In this document: positions 36,001-43,147 of the stretch, in pieces | Numbering within the stretch: position 1 is the first letter of the stretch | Layout of the letters: each line of letters opens with the position of its first letter | Assembly (NCBI RefSeq): GCF_000374165.1 | Contig: NZ_KB893672.1 | Location: 115,002 to 179,001 of the forward strand | Direction of reading: 5' to 3' | Source of the DNA: Parafrankia elaeagni | GTDB lineage: Bacteria; Actinomycetota; Actinomycetes; Frankiales; Frankiaceae | DNA length: 64,000 bases | Notes under the pieces: generated by a model | What the model saw: only the letters and a program-made list of their open reading frames with translations | The model's database searches: none | Told to the model about the DNA's origin: nothing | Translations under genes and position numbers: made by a program

Positions 36001-38351
36001 GCCGCCCCGTCCGCGCCGCCTCCTTCGCGCAGACCAGGGCGTTCTGGGATCAGCCGCTGCCGTCGGAGTCACCCCAGGTGTACCGGGCCGAGTACCTGGC
36101 CACGCGGATCCTCGCCGACGCCGTGGCCGGAGCGGGTGGGTTGTCCGTCGCCGCGCTGGCCGAGGCGGCGGACACCGGGAACGATCTGCTCGAGCTGGTG
36201 CGCCGGGCGGCCGGGAGCCGCCACGACGAAGGGTACGAGCGCGGCGTCCACGACCGGGACGCCGCCAGGATCCTCGCCGCGCTGGCCCGGTCCTACCGGC
36301 AGGCGGGGCTGCTGCGTTACCCGCCGGCCGTCCGGGCCGCCGCGCAGCTGTTCTGGGCCTGCGGCACCGACGACGCCGGCCGCGCGGCCTGGGGCCGCCG
36401 GGCCGCGTCGCTGGCCCGGGCGCGGGCCGCGTTCCGCCCCACCCGGCAGACCGGGCCGAAACAGATCGACGACCTGTGCGCCGAGCTCGCCGTCGCCGTC
36501 GCGGAGTTCCTCACCGGCACCGGCACCGGCACCGGCACCGGGACCGGGACCGGGACCGGGACCGGGACCGGGACCGGGACTGGGACTGGCACTGGCCGCG
36601 CGCACCCGACCGCTCTCGCCGACCTGACCGCCCTCGTCGAGGAGCTCGGCGGCGTCGACATCGTCGGGGAGTACCTGTTCGAGGAGCTCGCCGGCGAGCC
36701 CGCCGGGTTCGTGACCAGCGCCGCCGCGCGCGAGCTGCACACCCGCTTCCGGCGGGCGCTCGGAGAGCTGGGCGTCGGCGACAGCTTCGACCACGATCTG
36801 CGGGCCTTCGACGACGACCTGACGGCCCGCTACCAGCTCGCGGCAGCCTGGCTGGGCACCTTCCACCCGGCCAGCGGGCCCGACGCCGGAAACACCGCGG
36901 ATATGGAGGACACCTCGAGTACGACGAACGCCGCGGGCCCCCAGGACGCCGCGGGCGGCGTGGCCGACATCCCGGAAGCGGTCGCCGTACTGGTCTGCGG
37001 CTCGCGGCTGCCCCGGCACGACTCGTCGGCCCACCTGGCAACCAGCGTCGACGGCCTGCTCGGCAGCCATCCGCGCCTCGAGGGCGGACGGCTTGAGCTG
37101 CGCCTCGACGAGACCCTGGCACGCACCCACCGATTCCACACCGAACGGGTCCCCGCCCACCGTGCCTACCGGCGGGCGCGGGACGAGCTGATCTCCCAGG
37201 AGCGCCGGCGGCTGCGGTTGGACGAGTACCAGGCGACGGTGCCGGCCAGCTTCGTCCGCAACCGGCTCGTCGACGAGGTCTACCTGCCGCTCGTCGGCGC
37301 GAACCTGGCTCGCCAGCTCGGCACCGCGGGCGACGGCAGCCATCCCGACCGGATGGGCCTGCTGCTGCTCGTCTCGCCGCCCGGCTACGGCAAGACCATG
37401 CTGATGGAGTACGTGGCGAGCCGCCTCGGCCTGGTGTTCGTGAAGGTCGACGGCCCGGCGCTCGGCGGCGCCGTCACCTCGCTCGACCCCGCCGCCGCAC
37501 CCGACGCGGCCGCCCGCCGCGAGATCGAGAAGATCTCCTTCGCGCTCGAGCTGGGCAGCAACGCGCTGCTCTACCTGGACGACATCCAGCACACCGCGCC
37601 CGGACTGCTGGAGAAGTTCATCCCGCTGTGCGACACCCAGCGTCGGATGGACGGTGTCTGGGACGGCCAGGCCCGCACCTACGACCTGCGCGGCAAACGC
37701 TTCGCCGTGTGCATGGCGGGCAACCCCCACACCGAGTCCGGCGGACGGTTCCGCGTCCCGGACATGCTCGCCAACCGCGCCGACGTGTGGAACCTCGGTG
37801 ACGTCCTCTCCGGCCGGGACCAGCTTTTCGCCCGCAGCTATCTGGAGAACGCGGTCACGTCCAACCCGGTGCTGGCCCCGCTCGCCGGCCGCGAGCACGC
37901 AGACCTGGAACTCCTGATCCGGCTGGCGGAGGGCGACCCCTCGGCGCAGCCCGACCGGCTCAGCTATCCGTACCCGCAAGCCGAGCTGGACCAGATTCTG
38001 GCCGTGCTGCGCAAACTGGTGCGTGTCCAGCAGGTCGTGCTCGCCGTCAATCGCGCCTACATCGCCTCGGCCGGGCAGGACGACGCGGCCAGGACCGAAC
38101 CGCCCTTCCTGCTGCAGGGCTCCTACCGGAACATGAACAGGCTGGCGGAGCACATCGTCCCGGTGATGAACGACGAGGAGCTGGACGCCCTGATCCACGA
38201 CCACTACCTCGCCGAGGCGCAGACCCTCACCTCCGGCGCTGAGGCGAACCTGCTCCGGTTCGCCGAGCTGCGCGGATCGCTGACCCCGGACCAGGCCACC
38301 CGATGGGCCGAGGTGAAGGCCCGCCACCAGCGGAGCCGGGACACCCGCTGA
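33051..38351 (+). CDS. Giant protein (about 1770 aa) with a C-terminal AAA+ (AAA_5/MoxR-like) ATPase module, flotillin-associated; start uncertain.
   Basis: Walker A 'LLLLVSPPGYGKTMLMEYVA'; Walker B 'ALLYLDDIQH'. N-terminal TEQQA-type repeats. (GT)13 linker encoded by a hexanucleotide repeat at 36516–36594. A GTG at 33051 is the first start after the flotillin stop. Confidence 0.65.
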   Translation: MAPTPTPTSTRPAVTERRAVTEQQAATEQQAVTEQGVTEQQGATDGDSYEVLRARLAEQAAELTRRADILNARRLAVFGGSGLRLLGAEQVSTRRPCVPQDIVALGEYLLLGSNLPTGLPAALPTALPVGSMPGGEEPAEVTDALSLHRLVRAVGGGGDTEAGGSRFRFDDAGPDGDVLPGVLPGVLHDPTLHRDFRELYRYYRDTRLLRLRRLDDRVLAVFQTGRRPEDIRVLRWWTGTRGTVDYLDNLGERDHVLPPAHDLDWIAASRDDHVLGRHPHVSVQGAVFVSTVGGALTVKTENDTESADGIYREPVDEPLQSLADADIQHARVGPLVLLRIRPYKETGWRHLVFNTRNARIVRLDGIGQGCRRLPAEQGIIFADGYHLATGTVRTFGTLGTDSSDLEFDLEFDRVVHAPGGEDVLYVFHARNTGRFLLLPYNVIRQDVATPLACHGYALFGDGTLVLLRTPPAAPARTHAVQIWQTPYGHTAESTTATVTVTGPLERIGNADLVQGISDCISVARLVAEMTPSRAVLEALIGACGRAFDRYHWLGDPALGDPGDPGAPGDPGALGDLADLGAPLAEVRATAERMLAEFETVQVLAEAARATLATAAAEVDTLLRRVRDETPRTAGAAVTALADLRRAQGRLVALRDVRHIDLARIDAHAAELDAGITAAGRRAVEFLQGDGAFADYHAETEQLAAQAAAIASAAAAAPIAERLAAQTAGLETVVEIVTGLDIVDTAVRTHLLDRIGEVFADANRVRAILDARRGQLFDTESRAVFAAESALLGQAVTAALTIADTPERCDEQLGRLLVSLERLEARFGDSDDAGAELAARRADLYDTFSARRQELVQARTRRSGRRADSAGRILTGIRRRCVGLRSLDEINTYFATDPMVTTLHGIVTELRSLGEQIRADEIAGRVEAARLDARRALRDRADLHEGDAVLRLGRHLFTVNTQPVDLALVPDGDDLALVVTGTDYRRPVRAASFAQTRAFWDQPLPSESPQVYRAEYLATRILADAVAGAGGLSVAALAEAADTGNDLLELVRRAAGSRHDEGYERGVHDRDAARILAALARSYRQAGLLRYPPAVRAAAQLFWACGTDDAGRAAWGRRAASLARARAAFRPTRQTGPKQIDDLCAELAVAVAEFLTGTGTGTGTGTGTGTGTGTGTGTGTGTGRAHPTALADLTALVEELGGVDIVGEYLFEELAGEPAGFVTSAAARELHTRFRRALGELGVGDSFDHDLRAFDDDLTARYQLAAAWLGTFHPASGPDAGNTADMEDTSSTTNAAGPQDAAGGVADIPEAVAVLVCGSRLPRHDSSAHLATSVDGLLGSHPRLEGGRLELRLDETLARTHRFHTERVPAHRAYRRARDELISQERRRLRLDEYQATVPASFVRNRLVDEVYLPLVGANLARQLGTAGDGSHPDRMGLLLLVSPPGYGKTMLMEYVASRLGLVFVKVDGPALGGAVTSLDPAAAPDAAARREIEKISFALELGSNALLYLDDIQHTAPGLLEKFIPLCDTQRRMDGVWDGQARTYDLRGKRFAVCMAGNPHTESGGRFRVPDMLANRADVWNLGDVLSGRDQLFARSYLENAVTSNPVLAPLAGREHADLELLIRLAEGDPSAQPDRLSYPYPQAELDQILAVLRKLVRVQQVVLAVNRAYIASAGQDDAARTEPPFLLQGSYRNMNRLAEHIVPVMNDEELDALIHDHYLAEAQTLTSGAEANLLRFAELRGSLTPDQATRWAEVKARHQRSRDTR
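36516..36594 (+). repeat. Hexanucleotide tandem repeat (GGCACC/GGGACC), about 13 copies, encoding a (Gly-Thr)13 linker.
   Basis: ggcaccggcaccggcaccggcaccgggaccgggacc...gggactgggactggcactggc. Confidence 0.9.
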
Positions 38352-38377
38352 TCCGTCCAGCTCTCGGGACGGATCAG
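38348..38377. terminator. Perfect 11-bp inverted repeat spanning both stop codons of the convergent genes; bidirectional terminator candidate.
   Basis: ctgatccgtcc-agctctcg-ggacggatcag. Confidence 0.45.
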
Positions 38378-38871
38378 TGCGGGCGTATCGCCGTCCGATG
38401 GGCGGATTCGAGGCGTTCGAGCGGGCCGGGGCCTCCGGTGCGGGGCTTCGGTGCGGCGCCGAGGTGGCGGGCTCGGAGCTCGTCCATGAACGCCTCGATG
38501 AAGGGCCTGCCCTCGGCCCGCATGAGCTCCTGGCGTGCCCGGAGCTCGGGGTCGCCCGTGCGCCAGTCGAGCCCCCAGTCGCCGAGTGCGTACAGGATCG
38601 GGAGCGTCTGGATGCCGGCCTCGGTGAGGCTGTAGCGGCCCCGCTGCCCGCGGGGGGCATCCTGCTTCGACAGGATGCCCGCGGTGACGAGCTTCCTGAG
38701 CCGGGCGGCGAGGATGTTCGAGGCGATGCCCTCGAGGGAGCCGGCGAGCAGTTCCCGGAAGTGGCGGCGGTCGCCGAAGATGATGTCTCGCAGCACGAGG
38801 AGCGACCACTGGTCGCCGAGCGCCTCGACGGCGGCGTTGATCGGGCACCCCGAACGCGGTGCGGCATCCAT
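38374..38871 (-). CDS. HxlR-family winged-helix transcriptional regulator.
   Basis: 'CPINAAVEALGDQWSLLVLRDI' matches the HxlR signature (CP[IV]..A...[GS]..W..LIL). Confidence 0.8.
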   Translation of the reverse strand: MDAAPRSGCPINAAVEALGDQWSLLVLRDIIFGDRRHFRELLAGSLEGIASNILAARLRKLVTAGILSKQDAPRGQRGRYSLTEAGIQTLPILYALGDWGLDWRTGDPELRARQELMRAEGRPFIEAFMDELRARHLGAAPKPRTGGPGPLERLESAHRTAIRPH

Positions 38872-38932
38872 CGGCTGCCCCCCTCCAGTGCTTGCAAACT
38901 ACCACCACCTCGATCTAGGCTCGGACCGAAGT

Positions 38933-38945
38933 GCTTGCATAATGC
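38933..38945. promoter_or_regulatory. Palindrome TTGCAT-A-ATGCAA, plus an upstream repeat of AGTGCTTGCA, in the HxlR/DHFR divergent intergenic region; candidate HxlR operator.
   Basis: 13-bp perfect palindrome. 'agtgcttgca' occurs at 38885–38894 and 38928–38937. Confidence 0.4.
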
Positions 38946-38963
38946 AATCGGTAGGAGGCTGCG

Positions 38964-39574
38964 TGGCCGGTCGATTTGTGTACTGGATGAACGTCTCCCT
39001 CGATCTGCTGATCGAGCGCGCGCCGGGCGAGGATGGTGGCGGCGACTGGCTTCGCATCGGCGACGCCCTGCATCGCGAGTTCAACGCCCGCGCCCGTGAG
39101 CTGACGCTCATGGTGCAGGGACGCACCACGTTCGAGATCATGGAGAAGTTCTGGCCCGCGGCGCGGGCCGATGCCTCGTTGCCCGACTACATGCGCGAGT
39201 ACGGCGAGATCTGGACCTCGAAGTCAAAGATCCTCGTCTCCCGCACCCGGGCGGAGGCCGGGCACAACACGCGGGTGGTCGGCGGGAACGACGCGATCGA
39301 GCAGCTCGCGGAACTCCGGGCACGCACCGACGGCGCGATCGGCGTCGGCGGCGCGACCCTCGCCACCGGCCTTCTGCGCGCCGGGCTGCTCGACGAGCTC
39401 CTGCTCTTCACCCATCCCGTCATCCTCGGGTCCGGCCGGCCGCTGTTCGACGCGGACGACCGCGAGCTCGGCCCAGGCCTCGACGTCGACCTCGACCTGC
39501 TTGAACATGCTTCGTTCGAGGCCGGCGTCACCATGCACCGCTACGCCGTGCGCGCTGCCACGGCAACGCCCTGA
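38964..39574 (+). CDS. Dihydrofolate reductase family protein (RibD C-terminal domain-like / YwjB-like).
   Basis: 'YWMNVSLDLLIERA...', 'GRTTFE', 'KILVSRT...VVGGNDAIEQLAELRARTDGAIGVGGATLATGLLRAGLLDELLLFTHPVILGSGRPLF'. TAGGAGG Shine-Dalgarno before the GTG at 38964. Confidence 0.7.
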
Positions 39575-39715
39575 CGCCGCGGCCCGGCGAGTACTGGCTC
39601 CGGCTCGCCCGGAGTGGGGGCCGGGGTGGGGAGGAGGGCGGCGGGGGCATGGAGGGGTGAATGCTGCTGCCTGTTGGCCGCCAGTTAGCGCCAGAAAGCG
39701 CTGTATGATGAAAGG

Positions 39716-40288
39716 GTGAATCTCAAGGACTGGGCTGCGGCGAACGGGGTCGGGTACTCGACCGCCCGTCAGTGGTTCCTTGAGGGCAGGCTGCCCGTGC
39801 CCGCGCGCAGGGTCGGTGGGCTGATCCTGGTCGACGAGCCGGCCCGGCCGGCGGCGGTGGAGACGGTCGCGGTGTACGCCCGGGTCTCGTCCGCCGACCA
39901 GCGATCGGATCTTGACCGGCAGGTCGCGCGGGTCACCATGTGGGCGGCTGGGCAGGGCCTGCCGGTCGGCCGGGTCGTGACCGAGGTCGGCTCCGCGCTG
40001 AACGGGCACCGCCGGAAGTTCCTCGCCCTGCTACGCGACCCGGCCGTGACCACGATCGTCGTCGAGCACCGGGACCGGTTCGCCCGGTTCGGCGCCGAGT
40101 ACGTCGAGGCCGCGCTCGCCGCGAACGGCCGGCGCCTGCTGGTCGTCGACCCCGCCGAGGTCGATGACGACCTCGTCCGGGACATCACCGAGATCCTCAC
40201 GTCGATGTGCGCTCGGCTCCACGGCCGCCGGGCCGCGGTGAACCGCGTCCGGCGCGCGGTCGCTGCCGCGACCGAGGCTGCCGAATGA
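39716..40288 (+). CDS. tnpA: IS607-family transposase TnpA (serine recombinase).
   Basis: 'YARVSSADQRSDLDRQ' (catalytic Ser region); 'VVEHRDRFARFG'; N-terminal MerR-type HTH. Confidence 0.85.
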   Translation: MNLKDWAAANGVGYSTARQWFLEGRLPVPARRVGGLILVDEPARPAAVETVAVYARVSSADQRSDLDRQVARVTMWAAGQGLPVGRVVTEVGSALNGHRRKFLALLRDPAVTTIVVEHRDRFARFGAEYVEAALAANGRRLLVVDPAEVDDDLVRDITEILTSMCARLHGRRAAVNRVRRAVAAATEAAE

Positions 40289-41613
40289 CGACGACGCAGG
40301 CGTTCCGGTTCGCGCTCGACCCGAACGACGCCCAGCTTGCCGGCCTGCGCCGCCACGCCGGGGCGGCCCGGTTCGTCTACAACTGGGGCCTGGGCTTCGT
40401 GAAGGCCGCGCTCGCGCAGCGCGACGCGGAGCAGAGCTACGGCCTGGCCGGTGATGCGCTGACCGTGGTGCCGTGGACGCTGCCCGCGCTGCGGCTGCGC
40501 TGGAACCAGGTGAAGAACGACGTCGCGCCGTGGTGGGGCGAGTGTTCGAAGGAGGCGTTCTCCGCCGGACTCGACCAGTTGGCCCGCGCGTTGAAGAACT
40601 TCTCCGACTCGAAGAACGGGAAGCGCGGGGGACGGCGGGTCGGTTTCCCCCGGTTCAAGAAGCGAGGGAAGGCCCGCGACTCCTTCCGGTACACGACCGG
40701 CGCCTACGGCCCAGCCGGCGACCTGCACGTCAGGCTACCCCGGATCGGCCGCGTCAAGGTCCACGAACCGATGGGAGCGCTCACCGGCCGGTTGGCCGAG
40801 GGGCGGGGACGGCTGCTCGGCGCGACCGGGTCCCGCACGGCGGGCCGCTGGTTCGTGTCGTTCACCGTGCAGGCCGAACGGGAGGTTCCCGAAGCGCCGT
40901 CACCACGGCAGCGGGCCGGCGGGCCGGTCGGTGTCGATGCCGGCGTGAAGCACCTCGCGGTCCTCTCGACCGGCGAGCAGGTCGACAACCCGAAACCACT
41001 CGCCCGCTCCCAGCGGAAGCTACGGAAGGCGTCCCGGGCCTACTCCCGGTCGAAGCCGGGCAGCGCCGGCCGCCGGCAACGCGCCGCCCGGCTCGGAAAG
41101 ATCCACGCGCACGTCGCGAACCAGCGACGCGACGGCCTGAACAAGCTCACCACCCGGCTCGCCACGAACCACGACGTGGTCGTCGTCGAGGACCTGCACG
41201 TCGCCGGCATGGTCCGCAACCGGCGCCTCGCCCGCGCCGTCGCCGACACCGGGATGGCCGAAATCCGCCGCCAACTCGACTACAAGACCCGGTGGTACGG
41301 CTCACGGTTGCACATCGCGAACCGCTGGTACCCAAGCTCGAAGACCTGCTCCGGCTGCGGCTGGCGAAACCCAAGCCTGACGCTGTCGGACCGCACGTTC
41401 CACTGCCAGTCCTGCCACCTGGTGATCGACCGTGACACCAACGCGGCGGTCAACCTGCGCAACCTCGTCGCCGCCAGTACATCGGAGACGCACAACGCCC
41501 GTGGAGCCGACCATAAGACCCCGCTCGCGGGGCCGGTGGCTGTGAAGCGGGAACCGGGCACGGCCGCGGCCGGTCAGACCCGGGGTGCCCCACCGCAAGG
41601 TGAGGCGGCATGA
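40285..41613 (+). CDS. tnpB: TnpB (OrfB, IS605/IS607 family; RuvC-like RNA-guided nuclease).
   Basis: 'FRFALDPNDAQ' N-terminus; RuvC-like 'VGVDAGVKHLAVLSTG' and 'VVVVEDLHVAGM'; zinc finger 'CSGCGW...CQSCH'; 'NAAVNL'. The ωRNA is expected across the 3' end and downstream of the gene. Confidence 0.85.
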   Translation: MTTTQAFRFALDPNDAQLAGLRRHAGAARFVYNWGLGFVKAALAQRDAEQSYGLAGDALTVVPWTLPALRLRWNQVKNDVAPWWGECSKEAFSAGLDQLARALKNFSDSKNGKRGGRRVGFPRFKKRGKARDSFRYTTGAYGPAGDLHVRLPRIGRVKVHEPMGALTGRLAEGRGRLLGATGSRTAGRWFVSFTVQAEREVPEAPSPRQRAGGPVGVDAGVKHLAVLSTGEQVDNPKPLARSQRKLRKASRAYSRSKPGSAGRRQRAARLGKIHAHVANQRRDGLNKLTTRLATNHDVVVVEDLHVAGMVRNRRLARAVADTGMAEIRRQLDYKTRWYGSRLHIANRWYPSSKTCSGCGWRNPSLTLSDRTFHCQSCHLVIDRDTNAAVNLRNLVAASTSETHNARGADHKTPLAGPVAVKREPGTAAAGQTRGAPPQGEAA

Positions 41614-41618
41614 CAGCG

Positions 41619-41837
41619 CTATCCAGCACTGTCATGCAACGGGAGCAGGTGGTTCTCGCCGGGGACGATGGTGGTGCGGGTGTCGGGGAGCATCGTGGCG
41701 AGGTGGTCGACCAGTTCCGGGTGGTCGAGCGCCAGCTGTAGCGCGAACACGCAGCCGGAGGAGTGCGCGAGCACCCGGGCCCGCTCGATCCCGAGGCGGC
41801 GCAGCAGATCCGCGGACTCGGCGGCGTGGGCGGCCAC
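41619..41837 (-). pseudogene. Remnant of an α/β-hydrolase gene (nucleophile elbow joined directly to the C-terminal His region); probably non-functional.
   Basis: 'LAHSSGCVFALQLALDHPELV' (GxSxG-like elbow) is joined within about 50 aa to 'IVPGENHLLPLHDSAG'. The N-terminal 90 aa and the cap/core are missing. Abuts the tnpB end. Confidence 0.35.
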
Positions 41838-41904
41838 CGACAGCGGCTCGGCGGGCGCGGGGTCGGAGTACCCGGTGCGGGTGACGCGGATTCGGATCGG
41901 CTGG

Positions 41905-42288
41905 TCAGTCGGCGTAGAGGCGGATCTCGATGCCGTCGGGGTCGTGGAGGCCGACGAGAACGGTGCCGCCGTGGTGGCCGGTGACGATGCCGCCGTGTTT
42001 CTGGTCCAGGGCGACCAGGTGGTCGGCCCAGGCGTGGATGCCGTCGCGGGTCGGCACGCCGAGTGCGACGAGGTCGAAGCCGGCGAGGGCGGCGGCGCGC
42101 TCGGGATCCTGCCGGAGCGCGATCTGGGTGGTGCCGTCCGGGGCCTTGAGGGCGACGCCGCGGAGCTCGCCGTCCTCGGTGAACTCGATCGCCACCTCGA
42201 GGTCGAATACCTGCCGGTACCAGTCGCGGCTGGCGCGGACGTCGCTGACCGGGATCTTCACGTGGTGGATCGGTGCGAGGTCAGGCAT
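41905..42288 (-). CDS. VOC-family (glyoxalase / bleomycin-resistance / dioxygenase fold) protein.
   Basis: 'IHHVKIPVSDVRASRDWYRQVFDLEV'; 'GIEIRLYAD'. AAGGAG Shine-Dalgarno 6 nt before the ATG at 42288. Confidence 0.7.
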   Translation of the reverse strand: MPDLAPIHHVKIPVSDVRASRDWYRQVFDLEVAIEFTEDGELRGVALKAPDGTTQIALRQDPERAAALAGFDLVALGVPTRDGIHAWADHLVALDQKHGGIVTGHHGGTVLVGLHDPDGIEIRLYAD

Positions 42289-42303
42289 GCTCTCTCCTTT
42301 GGT

Positions 42304-42317
42304 TAGAGTCAACTCTA
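42304..42317. promoter_or_regulatory. Perfect palindrome TAGAGTCAACTCTA in the 56-bp VOC/TetR divergent intergenic region; candidate TetR operator.
   Basis: 6-bp arms with a 2-bp spacer, centred between the two start codons. Confidence 0.45.
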
Positions 42318-42344
42318 GTGACTCATTGGAGTAGTCTCTAGCGA

Positions 42345-43019
42345 GTGGGTGATGTCGTCAAGGACGAGCAGAGTCGGGTCAGGGACAAGCCGAGCCGGGC
42401 CGAGAAGACCAGGCTCACCAGGCGGCGGATCATCGCCGCGGCGGCGGACCTGTTCCTCGGCCAGGGCTATGGAGCGACGACGCTCGACCAGGTCGCGGGG
42501 CGCGCGGGCGTCGCCGTGCAGACCGTCTACTTCCACTTCGGGAACAAGGCGACACTGCTCAAGGAGGCGCTCGACGTGGCCGCCGTCGGCGACGACGAAC
42601 CGGTCGCACTCCTTGACCGCCCGTGGCTCGAGGAGATGGCCGCCGAACCCGACCCGGTCCGGGTGATCGAGCTCTGGACGGCCGGTGGTCGCGAGATCAT
42701 GGAGCGGGTGGCGCCGCTGCTCGCCGTCGTCCGCGGCACCGTCGGCACCGACCCGGACCTCGCGGCGCAGTGGAACGTGAACGAGAACCAGCGCCGCACC
42801 GCGTTCCGCGCCCTCGCCGGCCTGCTCGCCGACCGCACGGCCCTGCGCCCCGGACTCACCGTCGAGGACGCCGCCGAACTTGCCTTCCTGATCACCAGCG
42901 CCGAGAACTACATCGTCGCCACCGGCCCCCTCGGCTGGGCGCCCGAACGCTGGCAGCGGACCACGACCACGCTCCTGGTCCGGGCCCTGCTCGACGGGAC
43001 GGAAGGATCGGCTGGCTGA
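42345..43019 (+). CDS. TetR/AcrR-family transcriptional regulator.
   Basis: HTH 'TTLDQVAGRAGVAVQTVYFHFGNKATLLKEAL' preceded by 'RLTRRRIIAAAADLFLGQGY'. GTG start. Confidence 0.85.
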   Translation: MGDVVKDEQSRVRDKPSRAEKTRLTRRRIIAAAADLFLGQGYGATTLDQVAGRAGVAVQTVYFHFGNKATLLKEALDVAAVGDDEPVALLDRPWLEEMAAEPDPVRVIELWTAGGREIMERVAPLLAVVRGTVGTDPDLAAQWNVNENQRRTAFRALAGLLADRTALRPGLTVEDAAELAFLITSAENYIVATGPLGWAPERWQRTTTTLLVRALLDGTEGSAG

Positions 43020-43147
43020 AACGCCCAACCGGTACTGACAGCGAACCTGCGCCCCACGGGGACGGAGCGTCGCTGACCCGGCCGGAACGGCGCGCACGGC
43101 GGGGTAGCCGTCGGCTGCATCAGATCGCCGTTCGGCTGAGCCATCCC

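Larger units (their letters stand above)
39690..41650 (+). mobile_element. IS607-family insertion sequence (tnpA serine recombinase plus tnpB); ends are approximate, since this family lacks terminal inverted repeats.
   Basis: TnpA: MerR-like HTH N-terminus 'NLKDWAAANGVGYSTARQWF' plus serine-recombinase core 'VAVYARVSSADQ'. tnpB overlaps the tnpA stop (ATGA). Confidence 0.8.

Noticed and set aside
36516-36594. Possible CRISPR array (regular short repeats).
   Set aside because: The units are contiguous 6-nt repeats with no spacers, lying in-frame inside a coding region. It is a microsatellite encoding (GT)n, not a CRISPR array.
36069-38897. 942-aa minus-strand ORF antisense to the giant AAA protein and overlapping HxlR.
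   Set aside because: Artefact. The AAA Walker motifs are on the plus strand, and the HxlR signature occupies a different frame.
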